Assembly: GCA_963665295.1 (NCBI GenBank)
Contig: OY762209.1
Span: forward strand, 3,584,001 to 3,648,000
From: Syntrophorhabdaceae bacterium
Lineage (GTDB): Bacteria > Desulfobacterota > Syntrophorhabdia > Syntrophorhabdales > Syntrophorhabdaceae
Length of the DNA: 64,000 nt
Reading direction: 5' to 3'
Shown: piece by piece, positions 29,401-38,100 of the stretch
Numbering within the stretch: the stretch's first letter is position 1
Layout of the letters: each line of letters starts with the position of its first letter
Notes under the pieces: generated by a model
Told to the model about the DNA's origin: nothing
The model's database searches: none
What the model saw: the letters and a program-made list of their open reading frames with translations, nothing else
Program-made: the position numbers and the translations under genes

Positions 29401-29560
29401 CACCTTGTTGGCGGACGTGGAGAGGGAACACATAGAGAAGGTCCTGAAGGAAACGCGCGGGAAGGTGGGAGGCCCTGACGGGGCAGCTTCGATCCTGGGA
29501 TTGAAACCGACAACCCTCTTTTTCCGTATGAAGAAACTGGGGATCACGAAACGCTCGTAA
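26414..29560 (+). CDS. Large sigma54-dependent transcriptional activator (helical/TPR-like N-terminus, GAF, AAA+, Fis HTH)
   Basis: GETGVGKEL, SELFGHEKGSFTGA, GTIFLDEIGD, FRQDLYYRLNV, WPGNVREL, AASILGL.PTTL. Confidence 0.93.
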   Translation: MAKMTKSGTDPEKLWLRFDRLHRDIVLYLVYTEPPVSIDMLTSLVGGPALRVLNAMEALRKRRLVTERRGYGKGLYFLTDSGLPEFAREHLPGEETGEALRKLVGYYKGQETKTEEALLALSRLYLELGDIGAGLEYIKQAADILYRSGQREKAVVNYDNILQYYGKNQPREADADCFLDSVFAKVTISKYLMPLHEQVALLSKAEKVAERHERWEALARTKLTLGRLLQASGRHRQAERCMNDYRNLTRDVGDPAMLKIATLLTSEFLYWQGRFSEAARRYEEVAGDLEEFGDDRATLKAGARVGFSYVICGRIARGMGMIDAVRAKGNSLDLPSVVAVADFMSALALMEMRKLPEAELQLDRLSSFPDEVLGHYTLSGMNRCRAYISCAREDYSGAYEYHKRAIEHSLSLGWSHHNGPWNLECLDILESKGFFNKEWNFDGEVRRILGWDDIYMKGVAYRYRALRNMKSGRPLGKILTDLKGSEKYLKEAGAEIELARTWVDLGNAFAKKGEPTVARAYLEKAWALFSTVDRNLIPKDLLVIMPQEAKIELMIERIMKINESLGTIQDMSSFLERVINAAMDFTMATRGAFFAVGAGGEPKIMASRNLDVPDARQSSIIHSVVAHGDREGIEVVAPGIKKIGGLTDQILLEAGIYSFICMPAKLVGQTQGYLYLDNRLGGEPFSGNLLTYVRLLCSQIAVGLSNIKVYDEMRKEKDRLEDEAIFYKQTMGIANPPERIMGTSGAIKTIIEQIRQVAPTDSTVLIVGETGVGKELVAKAIHHLSERREGPFIPVNLAVLPHDLVASELFGHEKGSFTGASERHKGRFELADGGTIFLDEIGDLPPDVQVKLLRVLQESKFERLGSERQIRSDFRVVAATHRNLHAEIEKGAFRQDLYYRLNVFPLYIPPLRDRKEDIPLLAHHFLDKFGKKMGKRIGRIPEEELAKLIDYHWPGNVRELEHFVERAVIISDGHRISFSGHEFQSPSIGFGKNPGATLLADVEREHIEKVLKETRGKVGGPDGAASILGLKPTTLFFRMKKLGITKRS

Positions 29561-29620
29561 GCAAGGGAACGAGCGGAAGCGGACGATGCCATAGAGGGCT
29601 GCCGCTACAGGAGGTCCGTT

Positions 29621-30574
29621 GTGGATGAAATGGAACGAAAAGAGAGAATCCTGGGTGGGTTGTGGGGCGCAATTGTGGGAGATGCCCTTGGTGTACCCGT
29701 GGAGTTCGGAGGCAGGGAGGAGCGAAAAGCCGACCCCGTGACGGACATGCGGGAATTCGGGATTTTCCGTCAGCCTAAAGGCACGTGGTCCGATGATAGT
29801 TCCCTCATGCTCTGCACTGTAGAGGGTCTCATGGACGGATTCGATACTTTGAGGATGGGTGAACTCTTCTCCCGGTGGTTTTACGAGGGGTACTGGACTC
29901 CCTGGGGCAGGACTTTCGGCGTCGGCCTGACCACGAGGTCTGCAATCCGGCGCATGAAGTCGGGTGTACCTCCTGAAATGGCGGGCGGCGCGGAAGAAAA
30001 GGACAATGGAAACGGCTCCCTCATGCGCATCCTGCCCGTGGGAATTTACGCGTCGCGACTGCCTCCGGCGCAGATCCTCGAATATGCGCACCGTGCCTCT
30101 TCGCTCACCCACCGTCACCCGAGGTCCCAAATGGCGTGCGGCTTTTACTGCCTCATGGTTTCCTTTTTGCTTGAAGGAATTGACCCGGATGCAGCTTACA
30201 GGGAGGCAATAAAACACACCCTGCGGTTGTATCGCGACAGGCCGGCCTGCTCAGACGAACTCCCCCATTTTGCCCGCCTCCTCTCCGGTGGGATAGCCGA
30301 CGCCGATGACGGGGAAATCGAATCAGGGGGATATGTGGTCCACACGCTGGAGGCAGCCGTCTGGTGTCTCCTCACTACGCGTACCTTCAGGGAAGCAGTC
30401 CTTAAAGCCGTCAACCTGGGCGCAGACGCAGACACCACCGGCACCGTAACCGGCGGATTGGGAGGGATATGGTACGGGGAAAACTCCATACCGCAGGAAT
30501 GGATGGAGGCTGTCGCACGGAGGAAAGATATGGAGGGGCTTTTTGAGAGGTTTTGGGAGAGGCAGCAAGATTGA
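29621..30574 (+). CDS. ADP-ribosylglycohydrolase family protein
   Basis: GAIVGDALGVPVEF, GTWSDDS, NGNGSLMR, LTH, AVNLG.DADT. Confidence 0.92.
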   Translation: MDEMERKERILGGLWGAIVGDALGVPVEFGGREERKADPVTDMREFGIFRQPKGTWSDDSSLMLCTVEGLMDGFDTLRMGELFSRWFYEGYWTPWGRTFGVGLTTRSAIRRMKSGVPPEMAGGAEEKDNGNGSLMRILPVGIYASRLPPAQILEYAHRASSLTHRHPRSQMACGFYCLMVSFLLEGIDPDAAYREAIKHTLRLYRDRPACSDELPHFARLLSGGIADADDGEIESGGYVVHTLEAAVWCLLTTRTFREAVLKAVNLGADADTTGTVTGGLGGIWYGENSIPQEWMEAVARRKDMEGLFERFWERQQD

Positions 30575-30641
30575 CATAGGGGTCTTCATGTTATACAAGA
30601 ATTGAAAGTGGTCTCCAACACTATCCTCGAGGAGGGGTCGC

Positions 30642-32375
30642 ATGGGTAAAGATAATGGCGGGAAAACCGTTACACGACGCGGTTTCATCAAGGGTGCGCT
30701 GGCGGCAGGCGCCGGTGGAGCGGCCCTCGCGGGTCTGATCCCGAACGACGTTTCCGCGGCTTCGGGAGGTGTCCGGCAAAAGTGGGACCATGAAACGGAT
30801 GTGCTTATCCTCGGTTTCGGCGGAGCCGGGGCTGCAGCGGCAATCGAAGCGAAAGACGCGGGCGCCCATGTCCTCATACTGGAGAAACAACCTGAGAACG
30901 CGCATTACTCCAACACCCGGATGGCGGGCGGCATATTCCATAGCCCGGACCCGACAGGAGACAAAGCAGCCCTCAAAGCATATGCCCTCGCCATGTTCAG
31001 TGGCGAGAACCTTCCATGGAAGCTGGAAGGCGAGCAACCGGAGGTCTCTGAGGGCCTGGCTGAAGCTTGGGCCGAGCTTTCCCCTGAGAACGTGTCCTGG
31101 CTCAAGAAACTTGACCCGGAGTTCAGGACGGTTCCCATGTCCGGGTTTTCGGGGGCAGCTTTTCCGAACTTTCCCGGGGCGAAGGAGTCGAAATACAGGG
31201 TCTACGGAAGCACTTTTTCCGGGAGGTCGGACTTCAATGTTCCCACGAAGGACAGTCCGAAACTTCAGAAGATGAACGGGGAGGCGTTCTTTACCGTACT
31301 CCATGACGCAGTGCACAAAAGGGGCATTCCGGTCCTCTATGAGACCGCCGCGGTGAGGCTCCTTATGAATGACCGGGGAGAGGCGATCGGGGCCATGGCG
31401 CGGACCGGAAACGGGAAGGAGGTCGCCTGCAAGGCCCGAAGGGCGGTAGCCATTACCTCGGGCGGCTATGAATACAACAAGGAGATGAGGCGCGCCTTTC
31501 TTGAAGGCCCCGGCGTCGAGGGGTGGGCCTTTTACGGTACACCCGCGAATACCGGTGACGGCATCGAGATGGCCCTGAAGGTCGGGGCGGGCCTCATGAA
31601 GGCAGGCAAAGCCGCGGCGCGCATGATCATGGCCGTGCCCGTCCGCGTGAACGGCATGAAGATGGGTCTCATCACTGATTCGGTGGGACGCCCCAACTCC
31701 ATTGTGGTAGATAACTACGGTAACCGGTACGCAGCCGAAACCCTGATCACCACGGACCCGAGCCGTTACTTCTTTTACAAGGAAGCCGTCAAGTTCGACA
31801 TTACGAAACTCCTCTACCCGCGTTGTCCGAGTTGGATGGTATTTGATCAGACTTTCATGACAGGAACGACCGTCACCTCTCTCGGGATATCCACGGCGGG
31901 TTATGGCTATGTGCCCTGGTCGAAGGACAACATGGATGCGGTGCGGAGGGGTTGGATACTCACTGCGGATACGATCGAAGCCCTCGGCGAGAAAATCAGG
32001 GGCCAACACGATAACAGGAAGCTCATGGACCCCACAGGCCTCACAAAGGCTGTCGAGCGGTACAATGAGTTTTGTATAAAGGGAAAAGACGAGGACTTTT
32101 CACGGGCAGTGAAGACCCTCGGCCCGGTGGCAAAACCTCCCTTTTATGCGCTTCCCCTCTATGCGGGCGGCCCGAACACCAAGGGCGGCATTGCGGCTAA
32201 CGCGCGAAGAGAAGTCCTCACGTGGGCCATGAAGCCCATTCCCAGGCTCTATACCGCGGGCGAGATATCCTCGGCCCTGAAATTCGTGTATCAAGGTGGA
32301 GGAAACCTCACGGAGTGCCTTGTCTTCGGGAGAATTGCAGGGAGGAATGCGGCGGCCAACACACCGTGGAAGTGA
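30642..32375 (+). CDS. Tat-exported FAD-binding oxidoreductase (flavocytochrome c flavin subunit, FAD_binding_2 family)
   Basis: Tat motif TRRGFIK; DVLILGFGGAG; NTGDGI.MA; PPFYAL; IPRLY.AGE; ECLVFGRIAG. Confidence 0.9.
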   Translation: MGKDNGGKTVTRRGFIKGALAAGAGGAALAGLIPNDVSAASGGVRQKWDHETDVLILGFGGAGAAAAIEAKDAGAHVLILEKQPENAHYSNTRMAGGIFHSPDPTGDKAALKAYALAMFSGENLPWKLEGEQPEVSEGLAEAWAELSPENVSWLKKLDPEFRTVPMSGFSGAAFPNFPGAKESKYRVYGSTFSGRSDFNVPTKDSPKLQKMNGEAFFTVLHDAVHKRGIPVLYETAAVRLLMNDRGEAIGAMARTGNGKEVACKARRAVAITSGGYEYNKEMRRAFLEGPGVEGWAFYGTPANTGDGIEMALKVGAGLMKAGKAAARMIMAVPVRVNGMKMGLITDSVGRPNSIVVDNYGNRYAAETLITTDPSRYFFYKEAVKFDITKLLYPRCPSWMVFDQTFMTGTTVTSLGISTAGYGYVPWSKDNMDAVRRGWILTADTIEALGEKIRGQHDNRKLMDPTGLTKAVERYNEFCIKGKDEDFSRAVKTLGPVAKPPFYALPLYAGGPNTKGGIAANARREVLTWAMKPIPRLYTAGEISSALKFVYQGGGNLTECLVFGRIAGRNAAANTPWK

Positions 32376-32405
32376 GCCACGCAAAGAGAGGACAAAGGAG
32401 CGTGC

Positions 32406-32822
32406 GTGACGTCATTATTGAGGCGATCGGTTCGATGTAGATGGATGGGAATCATTTCCGCCTTTCTTCTCGTGGCGGTTCTCGCGATACCCGTGGGAGT
32501 CCTCCGGGGCGGGGAACCGGCAAAGGCGGACCCGAAAATGTCACAGAGCGGCAGGGATGGCTTCCTTGCCGGCCGGCACACTGCGACGGGCATGGACTGT
32601 GCGGCCTGCCACAAGGGTTCCCCGGAAAAGAAACCGTCTATGACCGTGTGCCTCGAATGCCACGGGCCTTATGACAAACTTGCGGCGAAAGGGGAAAAAC
32701 TGGAGCCCAATCCCCATATGTCACACCTTGGCGAACTTGAGTGCGACAACTGCCACCACGGTCACAAACCCTCGACGGATTACTGCGCCCAATGTCACGC
32801 TTTCGGTCTAAAGGTGCCGTAA
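32406..32822 (+). CDS. Tetraheme cytochrome c (flavocytochrome c heme subunit)
   Basis: Signal peptide; four CxxCH motifs (CAACH, CLECH, CDNCH, CAQCH); NPH.SH motif. Confidence 0.9.
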   Translation: MTSLLRRSVRCRWMGIISAFLLVAVLAIPVGVLRGGEPAKADPKMSQSGRDGFLAGRHTATGMDCAACHKGSPEKKPSMTVCLECHGPYDKLAAKGEKLEPNPHMSHLGELECDNCHHGHKPSTDYCAQCHAFGLKVP

Positions 32823-32927
32823 AAGGGGGTGACGAGGCGTGTGACCGGTGAGTGACCAGGGCCGTGTCTCTTGCGGCGGCTGCACGATCGGTTGCATCGC
32901 CCCTTCCTGGTGGTATATCTTACTTGT

Positions 32928-33188
32928 GTGACCAGGATAGACAAGTTGCTGGCGAGGCTTCTGGCGCGCCCCGAAGACTTCTCCTATGATGAATTGAGAC
33001 ACCTTCTGTTCAGGTACGGTTATGAAGAAGTGAGACCGGGGAAGACATCGGGTTCAAGAGTGGGGTTCGTCAACCGGCGGACAAAACATATTATCCACCT
33101 CCACAGACCGCACCCCGGTCCGCACGTGAAGCTCTACCAGATTGAAATGATCATTGATGAACTGAAGGAAATAGGGGTAATCCCATGA
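32928..33188 (+). CDS. hicA: HicA-family toxin
   Basis: KLL.RL...P.DFSYDEL..LL...GY....GKTSGSR..F......I.LHRPHP; GTG start inferred. Confidence 0.82.
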   Translation: MTRIDKLLARLLARPEDFSYDELRHLLFRYGYEEVRPGKTSGSRVGFVNRRTKHIIHLHRPHPGPHVKLYQIEMIIDELKEIGVIP

Positions 33189-33409
33189 AAGACATGATGA
33201 GGCATAAAGGATTTGCAGGGTCCGTCCATTTCATCTCAGAGGAAGAGATATTCCATGGAAAGATTGAGGGCATCCCCGACCTCGTTACTTTTGAAGGGTC
33301 CACTATGGAAGACCTCAGACAAGCATTTCACGAGGCCGTCGAAGACTACCTTGCCCTTTGCAGGGAGGTAGGCAAGGAGCCCGGCGAATCGTGCAAGCTC
33401 CCCTTCTGA
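33185..33409 (+). CDS. hicB: HicB-family antitoxin, short form with no C-terminal DNA-binding domain
   Basis: KGF.GSV.F..E..IFHGKI.GI.DLVTFEG....L..AFHEAVEDYL..C...GKEP; overlaps the hicA stop. Confidence 0.82.
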   Translation: MKDMMRHKGFAGSVHFISEEEIFHGKIEGIPDLVTFEGSTMEDLRQAFHEAVEDYLALCREVGKEPGESCKLPF

Positions 33410-33468
33410 CCCAGGCATTGAGCGGGCCCGAGAGAGCCATGATGCCCGACCATCCATTTTGACCTTGC

Positions 33469-35163
33469 TCAGAATCCCGACGAATCTGTTCCTGATAACC
33501 ATTTCTTTACCGGCTCCACGGTCCTTTCCAGTATGCCGGAGTCGAAGGGTGATTCCAGTCCCCCTGTTTTGACCAACTCCAGGAAAGGGGCGCTTCCCCC
33601 TGCCTTGCAGAGCCGGAGGTAATCGGACCATGCCGAACCCCGGTCTTCCTGAAACTTCTCCCAATACTGGATGGCGCAGACCTGGGCCAGGGTGTAATCG
33701 ATATAATAAAAGGGCGATTCATAGATGTGCCGTTGACATTGCCAGAACCCACCCTCTTCAAGATAGGCGTTTCCGGAAAAATCACGGTATGGCAGGTATC
33801 TTTTTTCCAGTTCGCGCCACGCGGCAAAGCGCTCAGCGGGCGATAAGCCCGGATTTTCATACACCACATGCTGGAATTCATCCACCAGTGCGCCGTAGGG
33901 GATGAATAGGAGCGCGTCGGAAAGATGCATAAAGCGGTACTTATCGGCCTCGGGGCCGAAGAAGCGGTTCATCCATGGCCAGGTAATGAATTCCATGCTC
34001 ATGGAATGGATCTCGGCGGCTTCCATGGTCGGCCAGACGTATTCCGGGCATTCGAAATCCTTGCTCATGTGTGCCTGAAATGCATGCCCCGCCTCGTGGG
34101 TCAGGACATCCACATCACCGGATGTGCCGTTAAAGTTGGAGAAGATGAAGGGGGCTTTATATTTTGGTATCCAGGAACAGTAACCGCCGCCGGCTTTACC
34201 GGGACGATTTTCGAGGTCCATCAGGCCTTCGTCGAGCATCCGGTCGATGAATTCCCCTGTTTCCTTTGACAGGGCGTGGTACATTTCTCTGCCCTCCCGG
34301 ATAATCTCTTTCGCGCTGCCCTGCGGTGTCGGATTACCGCTTTTAAAACGGAAAGGCAGGTCGTAATAGTAGAGATGGTCCAGGTTCAGCCGGATCCTCT
34401 GGCCCTCCCTCAGCCCGTTGGCAAGCGGCACAATAGTCTTCAGAATAGCGTTGCGGTAGTCCCGGACCATATTCTCGTCATAGTCGAGGCGGGACATCCT
34501 GAGATAGGCGAGGGGAATGAAATTCTTGAAACCCAGCTTAACGGCCATCCGGTTTCTGACGGAAACCAGACTGTCGTAGATCGAATCCAGCCTTTCGCGG
34601 TTCTCCTTAAGAAATCCGAAATAGGCCTCCGAAGCCGAACAACGGGTTTCCCGGTCTGACGATTCGCGGTATGGTCCAAGACCGGACAGATTCAATTTCT
34701 TTCCATGGAAATCAATTTCCGCCGAAGCGAGGAGTTTCATATATTCCGTGCAGAGCCGGTTTTCCTCGGAAAGATCCTCCATAATTTCCGGTCTGAAGGT
34801 TTTCAGCGCCGACTCGGCCAGGGCAAAAAGGTACATTCCGAAGCGTTTCTCCAGATCTCCCCTGAAGCGGGAGGTGGTGAGGGCGCGGTAGTACTCGTTG
34901 ATCAGGGCCTCGTAGCGTGGAGAGTTCTCGTCGAAAAACGACGACTCTCCGTCGTAAAAGGCATCGCCCGTGTCTATGGTCTGCCGTATTCGTGCGAGAC
35001 TCATGGCCGTATCCACGTCCTCGCGGATAAGGTTAATCTCCTTGATGATAGCGGCTTGTTTCCCGCTGCTCTCGGAATTGATAAAGGCATCTATCTTCTC
35101 ACGGAAATCGGACTCCAGTTTATCGAAATCCGGCCTCTCATAAATCATATCGGAAAACCGCAT
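33469..35163 (-). CDS. M3-family oligoendopeptidase
   Basis: GKAGGGYC, PFIFSNFNGT.GDVDVLTHEAGHAFQ, EIHSMSME, HIY..PFYYIDY. Confidence 0.93.
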   Translation of the reverse strand: MRFSDMIYERPDFDKLESDFREKIDAFINSESSGKQAAIIKEINLIREDVDTAMSLARIRQTIDTGDAFYDGESSFFDENSPRYEALINEYYRALTTSRFRGDLEKRFGMYLFALAESALKTFRPEIMEDLSEENRLCTEYMKLLASAEIDFHGKKLNLSGLGPYRESSDRETRCSASEAYFGFLKENRERLDSIYDSLVSVRNRMAVKLGFKNFIPLAYLRMSRLDYDENMVRDYRNAILKTIVPLANGLREGQRIRLNLDHLYYYDLPFRFKSGNPTPQGSAKEIIREGREMYHALSKETGEFIDRMLDEGLMDLENRPGKAGGGYCSWIPKYKAPFIFSNFNGTSGDVDVLTHEAGHAFQAHMSKDFECPEYVWPTMEAAEIHSMSMEFITWPWMNRFFGPEADKYRFMHLSDALLFIPYGALVDEFQHVVYENPGLSPAERFAAWRELEKRYLPYRDFSGNAYLEEGGFWQCQRHIYESPFYYIDYTLAQVCAIQYWEKFQEDRGSAWSDYLRLCKAGGSAPFLELVKTGGLESPFDSGILERTVEPVKKWLSGTDSSGF

Positions 35164-35355
35164 AATCCCTCCTTATGGTTCAGCGACAAGTATAATGCGT
35201 AAGCGGGATGCTTTCAACTGAAACCGCGCCGACAACCGAAGGTTGTTCCATCGGTCGATAGGGGATTTAGTTGGTCATAAACACTTTTCAAGGGCCAGCA
35301 ATATCATTAACGAGAGAGGATTCTGAATCGAAAGCTTCGTGAAGAAGATCCATCT

Positions 35356-35988
35356 GTGCTCAGCAGTTCATGGATTGCGAAACACGTTCCTGCTGCCTGT
35401 CGTTTCATCTCTAACAACATCAGGACCGAGCTTAATCTTATCGACTGGGATAGAGTGACCATTACTCTCAGCCGTAAGTATCAAAAACGTTGGAGGCTGC
35501 ACGGATATAGGAGTCGTAAAACATATGAAGACGAGGCGGAACTCGATAAAGTTCTCAGTGTGTATCGTGATAAGCTCTATGTTTTTATCGCAATGTCAAA
35601 TAAGAAAGAGGAGGGATTGCGACACCAAATAGCCATCGCCCTCGTGCGGGTTTCGCAGAAAGGGAACGTATTGGCCACCCAGCGGCTTGTCGGCCTTCTC
35701 AGATACATCGTCGACGAATGGATTGACCAGCACTTTTTCCTCCGTCGCTGGCGGGGTGCCGAGAGCGAGATCGATGGAGTGATCGAAGGATGCATTCTCA
35801 GGTATCGATACACCGGCACCTTCTTTGGCTATCTTTTCAAAACCTTTGAATATAAGGCGTGTCGATTGAATGCGTTCCTTTCGCTGGACGACTATCTGCC
35901 TCGGACTGACAGGCGAATAGTCGATATTGTGGGACAGGGTTCTGCTAGCGGCGAGGAAATCAGGATGTACAATTCTCGACAAGTATGA
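35356..35988 (+). CDS. Hypothetical protein with weak sigma70 region-2-like pattern
   Basis: 210-aa ORF; LVRVSQKGNVLATQRLV, ILRYRY.GTFFGYL, SLDD; start unclear. Confidence 0.5.
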   Translation: MLSSSWIAKHVPAACRFISNNIRTELNLIDWDRVTITLSRKYQKRWRLHGYRSRKTYEDEAELDKVLSVYRDKLYVFIAMSNKKEEGLRHQIAIALVRVSQKGNVLATQRLVGLLRYIVDEWIDQHFFLRRWRGAESEIDGVIEGCILRYRYTGTFFGYLFKTFEYKACRLNAFLSLDDYLPRTDRRIVDIVGQGSASGEEIRMYNSRQV

Positions 35989-35996
35989 AGCAAATG

Positions 35997-36281
35997 CTAT
36001 TTGACCAGTTTGCGATGACGGACAAAAGCGCGCTTTTAGGGGGGCATGGAGGGAATGTTGATAGCGGCGCTTGGCCGAAGGGTTCCTTGATCAACGGGCG
36101 ATAGTCTGAGAACTTCTTCTGTCTATTCGATTGCTTTTTGGCCTGCCTGCCGAACGGCGGCGATGACGAAGTCAGTTATAGACCAATTTTGTAGCTCGAC
36201 CGCACGCTTGAGGACGGCTTGTAGCTCCTTGCTGATGCGCACCACTGAAAGATGCAAGGTCGGAGTAGTGGCTGAGCGCAT
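35997..36281 (-). pseudogene. Degraded DUF1778 (TacA-like RHH) antitoxin
   Basis: RISKELQAVLKRAVELQNWSITDFVIAAV...AIE*..VLRLS..DQ /shift/ ..FGQA.L /shift/ LKRAFVRHRKL; one in-frame TAG and two frameshifts. Confidence 0.75.
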
Positions 36282-36337
36282 GATACATTACTCAACAGTC
36301 CCCGAAGCTATTTTGGAAAAGCAAGCCTGCGCCCGCG

Positions 36338-37279
36338 TTACCTGATGTCCTGAGCGCATTTATCTATTTGCGAAACTAGTGCCATGGCCAAATCCTTAAG
36401 CGTCTTGAATTGAATTAGTGCAGGAGTATTGCCCACATATCTGAGGTGCGCCAGAAACAACGAAGATATGTATATCCAAAAAACATCGTCGTTGTTGATT
36501 GTTAACTTGTCTACCATAGACTCTATGCGTCTGGCTATACTTGGGTGAGACTCTGTCCCGGACCAGCCATCCTTACGTGTGATTACCAGCATAAAGAAGA
36601 ACGCGATTCCGATACCGAATGCCCTCTTTGTAGTAAGCCTGTCTATACTGTATCCGCTTGCCCTTGCGTAATCATCCAGTTTGTCGAGCATCAGGCTCTG
36701 CGCAAATGAATCACACTCGATTTCCTCTTCATGGGCATTGGCTGGCGTGTTACTGTCTGTTCGGAGCATGATGTGTTTCACCTCATGAAGAAAGACATAG
36801 GCACCAGCCATACATATTAAGTCGAATACCACAGAACCCTCTGGATCCGACGGCTTTTGATTCACAGGGTTTGGTACTGCCGCAGGCCACAGGAATAGAG
36901 CAGGGTCATCTACGCGGGACAGTTCATAAACCGAGTTTATCAAATCTCTATACTTGGATTCCCCCTCCGCTTGTCCCGGAATTCCGGAAACCGTGTACGC
37001 ATCGAGCTTACCCGTCCGCAACCTCAACCTGGCAAGTGTTGCTGACCACAAATTCAATGCTTGGTTTGCCGCGAAACCAAGCATCCACATCAGATGCATC
37101 GTTCTTTGCGTGAATTTCACTATGCCAAACGGACCAGCCTCTATGGAGAATCCCGGGCGGTCATCACAACGCAAAAAACAGGCACCAAATTCTGCAATAT
37201 ATTCATTTAGAATTTCCTGATTTTCCGGTACGACCCCATCAAAGAGCATTTTTATCTCATGTTCGGAGTCTACTCCCAC
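36338..37279 (-). CDS. Lit-like phage-exclusion zinc peptidase (peptidase U49 family)
   Basis: FDLICMAGAYVFLHEVKH (HExxH), EEIECDSFA, KRA.GI, SHPSI..RI; AAGGAGG RBS before GTG. Confidence 0.78.
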   Translation of the reverse strand: MGVDSEHEIKMLFDGVVPENQEILNEYIAEFGACFLRCDDRPGFSIEAGPFGIVKFTQRTMHLMWMLGFAANQALNLWSATLARLRLRTGKLDAYTVSGIPGQAEGESKYRDLINSVYELSRVDDPALFLWPAAVPNPVNQKPSDPEGSVVFDLICMAGAYVFLHEVKHIMLRTDSNTPANAHEEEIECDSFAQSLMLDKLDDYARASGYSIDRLTTKRAFGIGIAFFFMLVITRKDGWSGTESHPSIARRIESMVDKLTINNDDVFWIYISSLFLAHLRYVGNTPALIQFKTLKDLAMALVSQIDKCAQDIR

Positions 37280-37701
37280 CTTTCCTCCTTATGGCAGCGT
37301 GTCTCGGGCTTCTTAGAGCTTCGGGAATTCTTCCATTTTGAGGGACGGGTCCTGTCTTGCAAGGACGAGGTCCTGGTACTGGCTACGAGGATGGCTTTCT
37401 GGGAACAGAATCCTCGGAGATCAGTTGCTCGGGGTAATAAGAGCAAAGACCCGTTTGCCGACCCTGGTGGCTTCCACCTTTATATTCACGTCGGGCAAAA
37501 TCCCCTGGCTATGTTTCCACCAATTAAGATTTTCGGTATTCTCATGTACCTCGAGGCCATAGGAAGCTTCCCAATACGCATCGGTGATCACCGATTTTTC
37601 CGGAACCTCCATATTTTGGTATATCCCCTCCGTGCCAATATAAGTGAGACACTTCCCACCCAATAGTTTAGACTCTTGGGGGCGGGAAGGAAAGAACGAT
37701 C

Positions 37702-38100
37702 GTGGAAGAAAAGAAATCAGTCATGGCATCACCAAGGGTAGTCCCCGATCCGGAAGTACCGGAAAAGGCAGTTCGCCGGAAATTCACCGCGGCGTACAAG
37801 CTCCGTATCCTCAAGGAGGTGGAGAACTGTACCGGGAAGGGTGAGATAGGGGCGCTTCTGCGCAGAGAGGGACTTTATTCATCGAGCCTCACCTCATGGC
37901 GGCGTCAGGTTCACCAGGGCCTCATCCCGAAAAAGAGAGGACCCGTCACACAAAAGCCTGATCCCCTTATCCGTCGCACCATCGAACTGGAAAAGGAGAA
38001 CACGAGGCTCACCCATAAACTGAAACAGGCGGAGCTCATTATCGAGGTCCAAAAAAAAGTGGCCGAGCTGCTCAAGGGGTCGAGCGAGGAGAAGTCATGA
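37702..38100 (+). CDS. IS3-family transposase OrfA (HTH)
   Basis: RRKFTAAYKLRIL.E....GEIGALLRREGLYSS.L..WRRQ; A8G slippery run at 38051-38059. Confidence 0.9.
   Translation: MEEKKSVMASPRVVPDPEVPEKAVRRKFTAAYKLRILKEVENCTGKGEIGALLRREGLYSSSLTSWRRQVHQGLIPKKRGPVTQKPDPLIRRTIELEKENTRLTHKLKQAELIIEVQKKVAELLKGSSEEKS

Noticed and set aside
30571..30600. TTGACA plus TGTTATACA (GntR-like site) before the flavocytochrome
   Set aside because: Promoter spacing is suboptimal, the site is single and short, and no GntR gene is nearby
30621..32009. 462-aa minus-strand ORF
   Set aside because: Shadow of the Tat flavoprotein gene
35230..35283. Possible Tn7-like end (minus strand TGTTTATGACCAACTAAATC); also TGTTTGCGG just after glmS
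   Set aside because: Orientation points away from the island; no clear TnsB-site array, 5-bp duplication or tns genes
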